Origin: a virus
Taxonomy: Duplodnaviria > Caudoviricetes
Length of the DNA stretch: 64,000 bases
Virus record (IMG/VR): IMGVR_UViG_3300005613_000060
Location: 59 to 64,058 of that record
Strand: one strand, 5' to 3'
Below the pieces are notes generated by a model. The model was not told where the DNA came from, ran no database searches, and saw nothing but the letters and a program-made list of their open reading frames with translations. A program made the position numbers and the translations under genes. Below are positions 27,255-36,986 of the stretch, in pieces. Every line of letters starts with the position of its first letter. Position 1 is the stretch's first letter.

Positions 27255-29384
27255 TTATAGTTCTTCAACTATATATCCATCATCTAAATACTTTTGTATT
27301 TGGTTTTCATCAAGTTCTAATACTATTCCTCCTTGTTGTTTAAAATTTTTGTATAATTTTCTTTTTTGTCTATTAGACAATTCTGAATTTTTAATTTCTT
27401 CTTTTCTTTTATTTTGCCAATCTACTGTAGAAGAAGGTAAAATAGATTCAGGAACTTTTGATAAGATATTAAGTAAATAAGCATCTCTTTTAATAGGTAG
27501 TTGCTCAACTGGTATATCTGCATATTGAGAGTATTGCTCAAGTTTAGATTGAACGTCCTTTAATAAATTATTATAATAAGGTAATGCACCTTCGTATCTA
27601 TAACCTTGAATTCTCCAGTCTTTACCCTTTTCACCATGAAAACTAATAGGAGTTATTTTATAATCAGTTCTATCTCCTCCTGGAGCATTATAATAATCTT
27701 TATTAGCTTTAATCATGCTATGTGAAGGAACAAAACGTGGTGAAAACGTATTACCTTGATAATCCTGACTTTTATAAATTTCTTCTTGTGCTAAATCACC
27801 AGGTTTTAAATTAGATTCATCAACTGGTAAAAAACCTAAATTTTTTAAAACTCCTTTCATTTGCATATTACCAGGAATAATCGGTACTTTATCACCAGGC
27901 TTATAAACTTTTTTATTTACTGTAAATGGTTCTGTACCTTCGGGAATAGTCAACCCTGCATCTTGAAAAATTTCACAACTACGAGTATTACAATAATAAT
28001 CTGAAGGAGCTATATAATCTAAATTTGTACGAGTAGGTCTAGGGTTTTCGGTGAGAGATTGTGCTATGTTTAAAATATTCTGTCTTTTATTTATTACATC
28101 TTGTTCTTCTTTTTCTTTTAACCTTTTAAGTTTTAATAATTCTTCTTTATATGACTTATATAATTTAAGACCTTCCTCTAATTCACGGGCTTCATCATAA
28201 AATTTTTCATCTTTTTTAAATACAGGTTTAGGTTCTTCAGGATCTCCTCCGCCTTCTCCCCCTATCGCATACTCTTCAACTATATAACCTCCTCTTCTAT
28301 ATTCATCTATTTGTTCATCAGTAAGTTCTATATCTATAAAATCTCCATCTTGAAAAGCTGCTCCTGGTGCTAATCCACCGTATTTTAATTTTCTACCACC
28401 TATATCTGTACCTGTATATTCTACTGTAGCATTATTCCCAGCTCTGGTTACAGGAACATACATTTGTAATGAATTACTCCAAACCTGTTCTGTTTTAGGA
28501 ACTTGTTTAGTCAATCCTGTTGGTCTTTGTTCTCTAGGTGTAATAGGAACTTGTTCTTCTTTAAAAGATGTTTCTACAGATTTTTCTTTAACTGGAGCAT
28601 TCATTTCATCCCAAGCAGCCTGAGATTTTTTACCCCATATTCCATCTGCACCTCCTATGTCATATCCTGCATCAATTAGTTGTTGTTGTTTGGCTACTAC
28701 TTTAGGGTCACGGTATTTTACTGGTTGAACTGGTTTTTTAAATACAGGATATTCTACAATTGCAGAAACTCCTGAAGGAGATGTCACTATTTTATCGTCT
28801 TTGTATAGAGTGCTCCTTCCTATAGCATAAGGCTTTACACCGCTTATTTTATTTTCAAAAGGAGAAACAGGTTTTCCATCACTGTCATAATGTAATGGGT
28901 GATGTAAAGTAGAGCCTGGATATAAAAGGGCCCTTATTATAGTGCCTTTATTGTTTGCATACTTATCATTAAAGTACTTCAGGTCATCTCTTTCCCACTC
29001 TTCGGGAAGCTTAGCTGCCATATTATAAGCATTTAGACTATCCGCATAAGCTTTTATACCTGGGTCATTAGGGTTATCTGTGTATCTTACATTTCTTCCA
29101 CTTTGTGCTTTTGGCATTATAGGTACTTCATCTACATAATCTGCCCCTGGAAAGTTATAGTCTTGTTCAGGATACATCATTTGTGGTTGACCTACATTAG
29201 GATAAGCCATTACAGGATAAGGTACATTAGCCATGGTAATATCTCCGCCAGGTATTCTAGTTATTTCACCAGGATGATTATACTGACCCATTGGATCAAC
29301 TATAATATCTTTAGGTTGAGTTAATCTGGCTTTTCTCTTTTGTAGATTAGCCAATGCTTCTGATAGTACTTGCTTATTATACAT
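27255..29384 (-). CDS. Modular virion protein with a peptidoglycan-binding domain and an NlpC/P60-like (papain-fold) hydrolase domain
   Basis: QQQLIDAGYDIGGADGIWGKKSQAA (PG_binding_1-like); YYCNTRSCEIFQDAG...LKPGDL...SHSMI (Cys...PGD...His pattern). Confidence 0.65.
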   Translation of the reverse strand: MYNKQVLSEALANLQKRKARLTQPKDIIVDPMGQYNHPGEITRIPGGDITMANVPYPVMAYPNVGQPQMMYPEQDYNFPGADYVDEVPIMPKAQSGRNVRYTDNPNDPGIKAYADSLNAYNMAAKLPEEWERDDLKYFNDKYANNKGTIIRALLYPGSTLHHPLHYDSDGKPVSPFENKISGVKPYAIGRSTLYKDDKIVTSPSGVSAIVEYPVFKKPVQPVKYRDPKVVAKQQQLIDAGYDIGGADGIWGKKSQAAWDEMNAPVKEKSVETSFKEEQVPITPREQRPTGLTKQVPKTEQVWSNSLQMYVPVTRAGNNATVEYTGTDIGGRKLKYGGLAPGAAFQDGDFIDIELTDEQIDEYRRGGYIVEEYAIGGEGGGDPEEPKPVFKKDEKFYDEARELEEGLKLYKSYKEELLKLKRLKEKEEQDVINKRQNILNIAQSLTENPRPTRTNLDYIAPSDYYCNTRSCEIFQDAGLTIPEGTEPFTVNKKVYKPGDKVPIIPGNMQMKGVLKNLGFLPVDESNLKPGDLAQEEIYKSQDYQGNTFSPRFVPSHSMIKANKDYYNAPGGDRTDYKITPISFHGEKGKDWRIQGYRYEGALPYYNNLLKDVQSKLEQYSQYADIPVEQLPIKRDAYLLNILSKVPESILPSSTVDWQNKRKEEIKNSELSNRQKRKLYKNFKQQGGIVLELDENQIQKYLDDGYIVEEL

Positions 29385-32300
29385 TATCTTGGAGAATAAG
29401 TTTGTTTTGTATTATTAAATTTAATAATCATATTAACATCATTAGATATTTCTTTACTCAAAAATATATAATTTAAATAATGTCTAAACTTTTTTCTTTG
29501 TAATTGTGGTTTAGCATAATCTAAATTAGCTTGATTTAAGTTTTTAATATAACCATTAATTTCTGTATTCCAAATAAATTCTTCAGTATATGTACCGGGC
29601 AATTGTGTTGTACCTGGTATTACTGGTGTTGTGTTAGGATAAGTAGATCCATCTGGAAACTCTCCTCTATTTTTAGTAATATCCCAAAACTGATTTAGTC
29701 TGTATTTATTTTCTTCTTTAGATACTAACACTTGATATTGATTTGTAGTAAGATCATAAAAAGGATAAGTGTTAGCAAGAGCTACATTATTTTTTGGATA
29801 AATATTTAAATTAAGATATCCTGATACTTGCTCCGTATTATGAATTATTGCTTTATCAAAATTAAAATCTAAAACATGGTATTGGTCAACACAATTAATT
29901 TGTGAGTTCTTATAACATTCAAGGTAATATTCTATAGATTTAATTACATTAACAGTCTGTCCTGTAGCTACTGGTATTTCAATTTCAAAAGGATAGTTAA
30001 CACCATAAAAATTACAATAAGAATTACACATAGAATTATGATTCCATATACCGTGTGCTTGAGTAGTTAAAAAAGTATCTTTTGTAGCTATAAATAATTC
30101 CGGGTGCCAATCATGCCAGCTAATCCAAAATTTACTTTTAGGGTCATAAGAAATAGTCCATGAAGCATCATCAAAAAATCTTTCATCTCCTAATTTAAAA
30201 GGAGAAGGTAAAGTTCTTAACTTAAACATGTTAATTTCAGAATCATATATAACTCTGTCTTTATACTCTTCTTTTATTTTAAAGTCTTTTTTAGAAAAGT
30301 ATAATACACTATTTCTGTTATCATAACTTGCATGAATACCAACTCCAGCTACAGGATTATCTGTATGTGGAAAATCAGGAAAATCTTCTAATAACTTATA
30401 AGGTAAGAATATGTTAAACCACCACTTTAAGCCAGCTTGTGAAATCTCTTGTAAACCAGAAGTATAGCTAAATATTTTACCTTGATTTTGTGATGCATAA
30501 AATATTCCTGCAGGTGTAGAAATTATAGACCTAGAATCTTGAGAAGAACCGTATTCATACTCTCTATCTGCTATAACTATGTTTTGAGGTTGTCTTGCAA
30601 ATAAACCTCCATCACCTAAAGTAATCTTTGTACCAAGATCTGTTTGTAGCTCATCAACACCTTGAAGTACTAAAGGGGACGCATTTTTAAACGTAAGTAA
30701 TATTCCCGTTTTCCCAAAATTTTTAACACCCGAAATCTGATCTCTAAACTCCTTATAATTATTTACTAAATAAGTAAACCAAGCATCTTTTAAAGATTCT
30801 AATTGTTGAGGTAATGAATAAACTATTCTGTCAGGATAATATACATAGCAAGAACTAGACACTTCCGGATCATAGTTTCTTGATTGTAAGTTACCTTGAG
30901 AAAAATATTGAGTAAATAATTTTGACACGCTTAAAGAGTAGTCATACTTGTAATAGTTACCTTTTTTAATTACATCAGGGTTTATATTTAACAAACTAAA
31001 TAAATCTGTATTTCTATACGGATTATAAGTCTTTTGAGATTGTTGAGCACCTTCTTCTCTAAAGTCTACTATCACATCAGACTCTACAAAGAAATCTCTC
31101 ACAACTGAAGTAGCTAAATAAAAATATGAATTTCTTACACCAAATTCTCCTGGATAATTTAAGACAGTATCATTAGTGTAATTATAATTTCTATTATCTA
31201 GTCTGTAAAAACCTGTAGGAAGGGCACCTTCTCCTGAAGGATCTGGACCAGGTGGTGTAGGAAAGTTTGTAATAAAGTTACTTATACTACTAAGTATATT
31301 AGAAAAGAAATCACTTATATCATACTTAATACTATTTATCCAAAATCTTGGTTGAGGAATGTATTGTCTTAAAAAATAATTATATGGAGTATTATCAGGT
31401 TGTTGATATAACCAGTCATAGAAAAAGAACATATTATTCTTTTCAGTATATCTATTTATATAAGTGTCACCATTAAAGAATGTTGGTGTAGATGTAATTT
31501 TTTTATGTACTAGTTTTACTTGTCCACAATACTTACCTGTGTCAACAAAACTTAAATCAGCATCTGTAAATGATTGCTCACAAGGAGTGATGGGTATTTG
31601 CTTTATATTATTAAGTTGACCGTATTGGTTTCTTTTTCTAAGTTTAATAGCACCATAGTGACTACTAATAATTTCTTGAAAATTTCTTGTTTTATTATCT
31701 TCTTTAAAAACAGTTTCATCTGCAGTATTTGATGTACCTAAAGTAAATAATGATTGATCTACTAAACCTGGAGTTTGAATAAAGTGAGGACCTTCTTCAG
31801 AAGTGTTTTTTGACTTAGTAGAAAGTAATACTGTGTTTTGTCTAAAAAGATTATTTATCTTATAGTTTGTATTATTGTTTTCATTTACAAAATCATTTAT
31901 TGTAGGTTTAATATAATTAGAAGTATTTATTCCAAATCTTTTATTTTTAGAACAATCATGATTAGTCCATTTATCATAAAGACCGTGTCCTTGCATTTGT
32001 AATGCATATTGTCTTTCAGGTAAAACAGCATATACAATTTCAGCTACTAAATCTGCACCTTCAATAAAATAAAATCCAAACTGAACAAGGGCCCCTGCAT
32101 AACCTATTTGATCCACTACACTTTCTGTTCTAGAAACTTCTGTGCTTGAAAGTGGTCCCCCATTTATTCCAGAAGCAGCATTTACAGCAGCCATATAAGT
32201 AGTCCAAGCTGCTGTTAAAGCTGGTGCTCCTGGAGGAGCAAGAGCATCAAGAGCTGAAGCAATACCTTGATAACCTTCTTGAAAAGTATTATAAGTTGCC

Positions 32301-34597
32301 GCTGCAACTCCTGCTCCTGGAGGTATAGCAGAACCTGAAGGTTCTGGATAGTTAATAGTCTTTTTACCTTGTAATGATATAATACCTTGGATAAGACCTC
32401 CTATAACCATAAATAGCAAAACATTATTTGATAAGAGTTTATGCTTTGGATGTTGATCAGGTTCTGTAAAATATTGATTTGACGTACCTGACAATACACC
32501 ATAAAGCTTAAATTCTCCTGCAGATAACCAGGGTGTTCTGAAGTTTGTATCTGGAGAATGAAAAGTAAAGATATCTTTAGGCATATCTTCAAATCTCTGA
32601 TCTTGTCTTATTCCATCATCATTAACAACTCTAATATAAGGATCGTTAATTTCATTTGGATTATTTAATGATCCATCAGCTGGTCCAGGATTTTGAGGTT
32701 GAATAGTATTAAACGGATGATTAGGATATAAACCTCTAGTAATATTACCGTTGTTAGTATTAATATAAGGTCTCATATTATTAATCATACCTTTAGCTAA
32801 TATAGATCTATTACCTTCTCTAGAACCTCTTAGTATTTCATAACCTACAATGTCAGGTATGTCATTACCATCATTGTCTTTAGGTATTATTATATTTTCA
32901 AACTTGACTCCTAATAATTGTATTTTAAGTTCTCCATTAGAAGTTTTATAGTAATGTCTTAAATCTGCACCTAAGTTTTGTTCTGGAAATTTATGATGTC
33001 TTATAGGTTTACCACACAAGTCATATCTAGTATCAGTAGTAGCTGTAAAACATTGAGCACTTGAATTCCATACTTCAGGTTTATCATCAGGATATATTTC
33101 AGTTGATTCCCAATATCCCATCTCACCTTCAGCTTTAATAATACCACCATCTTCAAGTTCTTGATTTATAGATGATAATGTTATTGAAGCCGTATTAGTG
33201 TTCTCAAATAACTTTTCAGAATCATAAACTGTGTTAACATTTTCAAAATCTTGATCTTCAAATATTGTAGGACCCGATGGACAATTTACTTCATATTGTC
33301 TAGCTGGTCTTCCTGGTATATGATAAGAAGAAGACTTATCTCCTGTGTTATAAACCCATCTAATAAAAAATGCATAAACTTCATCTCTTAAGTAAGAAGG
33401 TTTATATCCTTGATTAACATAGTAGTCAGAGTCATATTCAACAGATACCCATTTTGTTTTTATAAGATTAGCTAATGGTTGGTAGTTAAAATCAAATCTT
33501 CCAGTGGGTCCTATTCTAAGAAGATAATTATTAACTTCTTCAATCATGTCAGATTTCTCATAAACAATGCTTTGTATAGGTATCTCACTAATAGGAATAG
33601 TTATTAAGTCCTCTTTTATCTGATCTAACTGTATATTAGTTGTATTTGTGGAATAGAAACCAACTTGTTTAGCTACCGTTCCCTGATTAATTGTAGAAAC
33701 TACACATAATATAAACTCATCAAAGTTTACATCATCAACTTCTAAGTTTATTTCTAAAGAATTAAAGGGTTCTTCTTCATTCCATAAAGGTTGAACATTA
33801 CTTGGTGAAAACCAGTTTGTAACTTTTTGACCTTCTATACTATAGGCTATAACTACAAAATAAGAACCGTTTCTTAGAGCTCCACCTTCTTGTCCTGCAG
33901 ATACTTTAACACAAGGTGTCTTTACTAATCTTGCTAATCTTGTTTTATCACAGTCTAAATCATTAAGTAAAGTACATTCTTCACAATCATTAATAATTTC
34001 ACATTCTTCTTTCCATTGTACTCCGGGCCATAATGTATTTCCTAAATAATAATTATTACCCAAATATGGTACAGTAGGCCAATCTTTAGGATCACCTATA
34101 TTTAAATATCTGTCAGGATTATTTCCATCTGCCCAATAAACACCCCAAGTACAATCAGCTTGTTCTTTAGATGCTCCTGTAATTAAATGAAGCATGCTAA
34201 AATTAAGACACTGATCAATTACAATAGGTTTATAAGAACAAGCATCTTCTTCAAATAAACCTATTTCAGAATACAGAGAAACATTACTATTAAATTGTTC
34301 ATCATTTACAGAACTAAATATTACCCATTTATCAGAATATAAATGTATTGCTCCAATAATTTTTTTAATACCGGCTGGAGCATCTCTACCAACAGAACTA
34401 CATAGATAATTTGATCTTTCATTAGAAAGAGTACCCATGTCTCCATCTACAGTATTATTTACTGCATTTCTTGCATGTGTCCAAAAACCATCAGAGATAT
34501 ACGTTGCATTAGTATCTTTACTAAGACCTTTTACAAAGCTATCAACCTGCATATCATTTAAATTATTTGATGCTCCTTGTGTTCTTTTCTTTGCCAT
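29384..34597 (-). CDS. Tail stabilization/muzzle (nozzle) protein
   Basis: 1737 aa. N-terminal FVKGLSKD...HARNA pattern, beta-rich, SWTISY..K.WISWHDW.P near the C-terminus; follows ring-protein genes as in crAss-like phages. Confidence 0.75.
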   Translation of the reverse strand: MAKKRTQGASNNLNDMQVDSFVKGLSKDTNATYISDGFWTHARNAVNNTVDGDMGTLSNERSNYLCSSVGRDAPAGIKKIIGAIHLYSDKWVIFSSVNDEQFNSNVSLYSEIGLFEEDACSYKPIVIDQCLNFSMLHLITGASKEQADCTWGVYWADGNNPDRYLNIGDPKDWPTVPYLGNNYYLGNTLWPGVQWKEECEIINDCEECTLLNDLDCDKTRLARLVKTPCVKVSAGQEGGALRNGSYFVVIAYSIEGQKVTNWFSPSNVQPLWNEEEPFNSLEINLEVDDVNFDEFILCVVSTINQGTVAKQVGFYSTNTTNIQLDQIKEDLITIPISEIPIQSIVYEKSDMIEEVNNYLLRIGPTGRFDFNYQPLANLIKTKWVSVEYDSDYYVNQGYKPSYLRDEVYAFFIRWVYNTGDKSSSYHIPGRPARQYEVNCPSGPTIFEDQDFENVNTVYDSEKLFENTNTASITLSSINQELEDGGIIKAEGEMGYWESTEIYPDDKPEVWNSSAQCFTATTDTRYDLCGKPIRHHKFPEQNLGADLRHYYKTSNGELKIQLLGVKFENIIIPKDNDGNDIPDIVGYEILRGSREGNRSILAKGMINNMRPYINTNNGNITRGLYPNHPFNTIQPQNPGPADGSLNNPNEINDPYIRVVNDDGIRQDQRFEDMPKDIFTFHSPDTNFRTPWLSAGEFKLYGVLSGTSNQYFTEPDQHPKHKLLSNNVLLFMVIGGLIQGIISLQGKKTINYPEPSGSAIPPGAGVAAATYNTFQEGYQGIASALDALAPPGAPALTAAWTTYMAAVNAASGINGGPLSSTEVSRTESVVDQIGYAGALVQFGFYFIEGADLVAEIVYAVLPERQYALQMQGHGLYDKWTNHDCSKNKRFGINTSNYIKPTINDFVNENNNTNYKINNLFRQNTVLLSTKSKNTSEEGPHFIQTPGLVDQSLFTLGTSNTADETVFKEDNKTRNFQEIISSHYGAIKLRKRNQYGQLNNIKQIPITPCEQSFTDADLSFVDTGKYCGQVKLVHKKITSTPTFFNGDTYINRYTEKNNMFFFYDWLYQQPDNTPYNYFLRQYIPQPRFWINSIKYDISDFFSNILSSISNFITNFPTPPGPDPSGEGALPTGFYRLDNRNYNYTNDTVLNYPGEFGVRNSYFYLATSVVRDFFVESDVIVDFREEGAQQSQKTYNPYRNTDLFSLLNINPDVIKKGNYYKYDYSLSVSKLFTQYFSQGNLQSRNYDPEVSSSCYVYYPDRIVYSLPQQLESLKDAWFTYLVNNYKEFRDQISGVKNFGKTGILLTFKNASPLVLQGVDELQTDLGTKITLGDGGLFARQPQNIVIADREYEYGSSQDSRSIISTPAGIFYASQNQGKIFSYTSGLQEISQAGLKWWFNIFLPYKLLEDFPDFPHTDNPVAGVGIHASYDNRNSVLYFSKKDFKIKEEYKDRVIYDSEINMFKLRTLPSPFKLGDERFFDDASWTISYDPKSKFWISWHDWHPELFIATKDTFLTTQAHGIWNHNSMCNSYCNFYGVNYPFEIEIPVATGQTVNVIKSIEYYLECYKNSQINCVDQYHVLDFNFDKAIIHNTEQVSGYLNLNIYPKNNVALANTYPFYDLTTNQYQVLVSKEENKYRLNQFWDITKNRGEFPDGSTYPNTTPVIPGTTQLPGTYTEEFIWNTEINGYIKNLNQANLDYAKPQLQRKKFRHYLNYIFLSKEISNDVNMIIKFNNTKQTYSPR

Positions 34598-34598
34598 A

Positions 34599-35579
34599 TT
34601 ATCTTAGTATACGGTTACCTAATCTTCTATCAGTTATTAAGGGATAACTTTTAAACATATCATAGTATCTACCATACATTGCTTTTCTATTAGTTGTCCA
34701 TACCATTCTAAGCTCTTCAAAGTTTGGTGTGTTTACTAAACTCAATGCATTGTTTCTAGCAACCCTTAACTCTTGAGCAATGTAACTTAACTTTTGTCCA
34801 ACATTCTCATCATTCATAGCTAGAGTCTCAAGAATTTTTTTCTTTAAACCATACTCATAGTATTCATTTAATAATTCATGATCAGGAACTAAAAGATTTC
34901 CTTGGTCATCTTCCATACTTGATTGATAATTAATATAAACATGACCGGAGTCAAAGTTAGTATTTAAATAACCATCTTTTATCCAAGCTTCATTTTCAGA
35001 ATTATAAAATAAGTTGGGACAATCACAATCTATATTTGGATTAGGTCTCATCTTTAATGGTAGTAAAGATTTAAACTTTACAGTTTGAGACGGTCCTATA
35101 ATTTGAATTAACTCAAACTTTTCATTTTTACAATTAACAAAAACTCTTGGTTTATTACAAGTTTCACCATAAGGTAATAATGGATCATATCCTTGAGGTA
35201 CTTCACAATCACAACCTGAACCATTAACTACAGGAGAAGCACAAGAATCTATTGTAGGTGGTGTTTCATCATAAGGTATTTCTTCAATGTGAGTTCCGCC
35301 CATATCATAACCTGTATGAACAGTTCTATCTAAACAAACTAATGCATAATTAAAAGAGTAGAAATTGTCTGGTAACTTTGCTCTTCTATGACTAACATCC
35401 AAAACAGCTTCAGAAGTTTGTTGTATCCGCAAACCTAAATCATAATTAATTTTTCTAGCTGTTTTAATTAAGGTTTGAGGTTCAATCATTTCTTCCAAAT
35501 TATAATTTTGAAATTCTAATTGAACATCATCTAGAAGTTCATCAAAAGTTCTATATTTTAAAGTATAATTAAAGTCCAT
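34599..35579 (-). CDS. Tail ring/tubular adaptor protein
   Basis: 326 aa; GYLNTNFDSGHVYINY...DDQGNLLVPD pattern; directly upstream of the muzzle gene. Confidence 0.65.
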   Translation of the reverse strand: MDFNYTLKYRTFDELLDDVQLEFQNYNLEEMIEPQTLIKTARKINYDLGLRIQQTSEAVLDVSHRRAKLPDNFYSFNYALVCLDRTVHTGYDMGGTHIEEIPYDETPPTIDSCASPVVNGSGCDCEVPQGYDPLLPYGETCNKPRVFVNCKNEKFELIQIIGPSQTVKFKSLLPLKMRPNPNIDCDCPNLFYNSENEAWIKDGYLNTNFDSGHVYINYQSSMEDDQGNLLVPDHELLNEYYEYGLKKKILETLAMNDENVGQKLSYIAQELRVARNNALSLVNTPNFEELRMVWTTNRKAMYGRYYDMFKSYPLITDRRLGNRILR

Positions 35580-36250
35580 TATCTATGAGGATTTTGACTA
35601 TCATCAGCTCCAGAATCATTAATCTTAAGAGTTAATGTAAGTTCGTTTAATACCATTTGTTCTATTTCTGCAAAAAGATATTCAGGAAAAGGAAACTGTT
35701 GATCTTGTTTAATTTTACATTGTGCTTCAGGCTCACATAAAAAATCACCAGTGTCTCCTTCAAAAATACCTTCTATTCTAATTGCATCCCAATCAACATT
35801 AGGAATGTATATATAACCGTTTAAATACCAAAAATAAACTTTTTTGTTATATTTAAAAGTGCTTGATTTACTTATAGAAGTATAAGTTTTAGATTCTGTT
35901 TTATACAATTTAATAGTACCATCAATAGAAGTTACTGCTCTTAATAAAGGACCATAAGTTCCTTCAAATGGTAAAGGTATTTTTTCTTGAGTTCTTTTAA
36001 AAGTACATCCTGAATATATTCCTGTACAACCGGCTTCTATTTTATCTACATCAATTAATTCTACAAAAGGTAAAGTAGTAATAAGACTGCTTAATCTCAT
36101 TAGCTTATTCTTATCACTTTCTCTTTTAAGTAAAGCTTTTCCAAACTTTACAATATTATAATAAATTTGACGGTCTGTAACAAAAGGATCTTCTTTTACA
36201 GCTTTCAAAGTATTACGTATTCTAGATACACTTTCACCTACAGTTGTCAT
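35579..36250 (-). CDS. Tail ring protein
   Basis: 223 aa; YFWYLNGYIYI...IEGIFE...FPFP pattern; gene order. Confidence 0.6.
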   Translation of the reverse strand: MTTVGESVSRIRNTLKAVKEDPFVTDRQIYYNIVKFGKALLKRESDKNKLMRLSSLITTLPFVELIDVDKIEAGCTGIYSGCTFKRTQEKIPLPFEGTYGPLLRAVTSIDGTIKLYKTESKTYTSISKSSTFKYNKKVYFWYLNGYIYIPNVDWDAIRIEGIFEGDTGDFLCEPEAQCKIKQDQQFPFPEYLFAEIEQMVLNELTLTLKINDSGADDSQNPHR

Positions 36251-36831
36251 ATTTCAAAATCTTTATAATTTTTACTATCTAATTCAGTTTTTTTAATTGC
36301 AAATTGTTTTCTTGATGTTTTTAAAAACTGCTCATTTATTTTTTTATGTGGGTCAACTCCATGATACATTGTCCATTTTTTTGGATATTCCTCAGACACT
36401 GCTCTTTTAAAATTTCTACAAGCAACAAAATTCCAACATTCTCTATTTTTATAATGATACTTTTCTGAGTAAGAAGAGTAAAATATTTTAGCTACATTAC
36501 CATCAGTTTCCCAATTTTTATTTTCAACACTTGTATTATATTCACTTGACGTTTTAAAATCAAAATTATATTTTTTTACATTCTTACATGAACCTATAAA
36601 AATATAACCTATACCATCTGGTAACTGAACACCATCTCTGTTTTCAATTACTTCTCCCCAGACTTCTTCATTAAAAAGCTTTACTATACTATGAAATTCT
36701 GATTTTGTAATATCTTTATATTTAGGATATTTTTTTCTAAATCTATTTAGTAAGTTTTCTGTTATTAATATTTTGCTTTTTTGTCTAAATCTTGGAGCTT
36801 TTACATCAGGTTTTTTATAACTTCTTTTCAT
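36247..36831 (-). CDS. IHF/HU-like DNA-binding protein of the crAss-like tail module
   Basis: Basic protein; IVKLFNEEV..EVIE..DGVQLPDGIGYIFI resembles the HU/IHF core; conserved position before ring genes. Confidence 0.6.
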   Translation of the reverse strand: MKRSYKKPDVKAPRFRQKSKILITENLLNRFRKKYPKYKDITKSEFHSIVKLFNEEVWGEVIENRDGVQLPDGIGYIFIGSCKNVKKYNFDFKTSSEYNTSVENKNWETDGNVAKIFYSSYSEKYHYKNRECWNFVACRNFKRAVSEEYPKKWTMYHGVDPHKKINEQFLKTSRKQFAIKKTELDSKNYKDFEI

Positions 36832-36888
36832 ATACTATACTATTTAATATAGTAAAATTAACTGAATTTTTCAAGTATTCCTAGTAAT

Positions 36889-36924
36889 AAAAACAAAACC
36901 CCTACTCTAAAGTAAGGGTTTGTT
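36889..36924 (-). terminator. Rho-independent terminator
   Basis: Minus strand AACAAACCCTTAC-TTTAGA-GTAGGGGTTTTGTTTTT: hairpin followed by a U-tract. Confidence 0.75.
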
Positions 36925-36970
36925 CTTGTTAGCCGTAGAAAAACCAACAAACCACGACATATTTTTATGT
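36889..36970 (-). ncRNA. Candidate ~80-nt small RNA (hairpin with anti-leader loop plus terminator)
   Basis: GUCGUGG-UUUGUUGGUUUUU-CUACGGC stem-loop at 36932-36958 with two G-U pairs; upstream GATATTTG box (36975-36982); downstream terminator. Confidence 0.45.
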
Positions 36971-36986
36971 CTAGCAAATATCTTTT

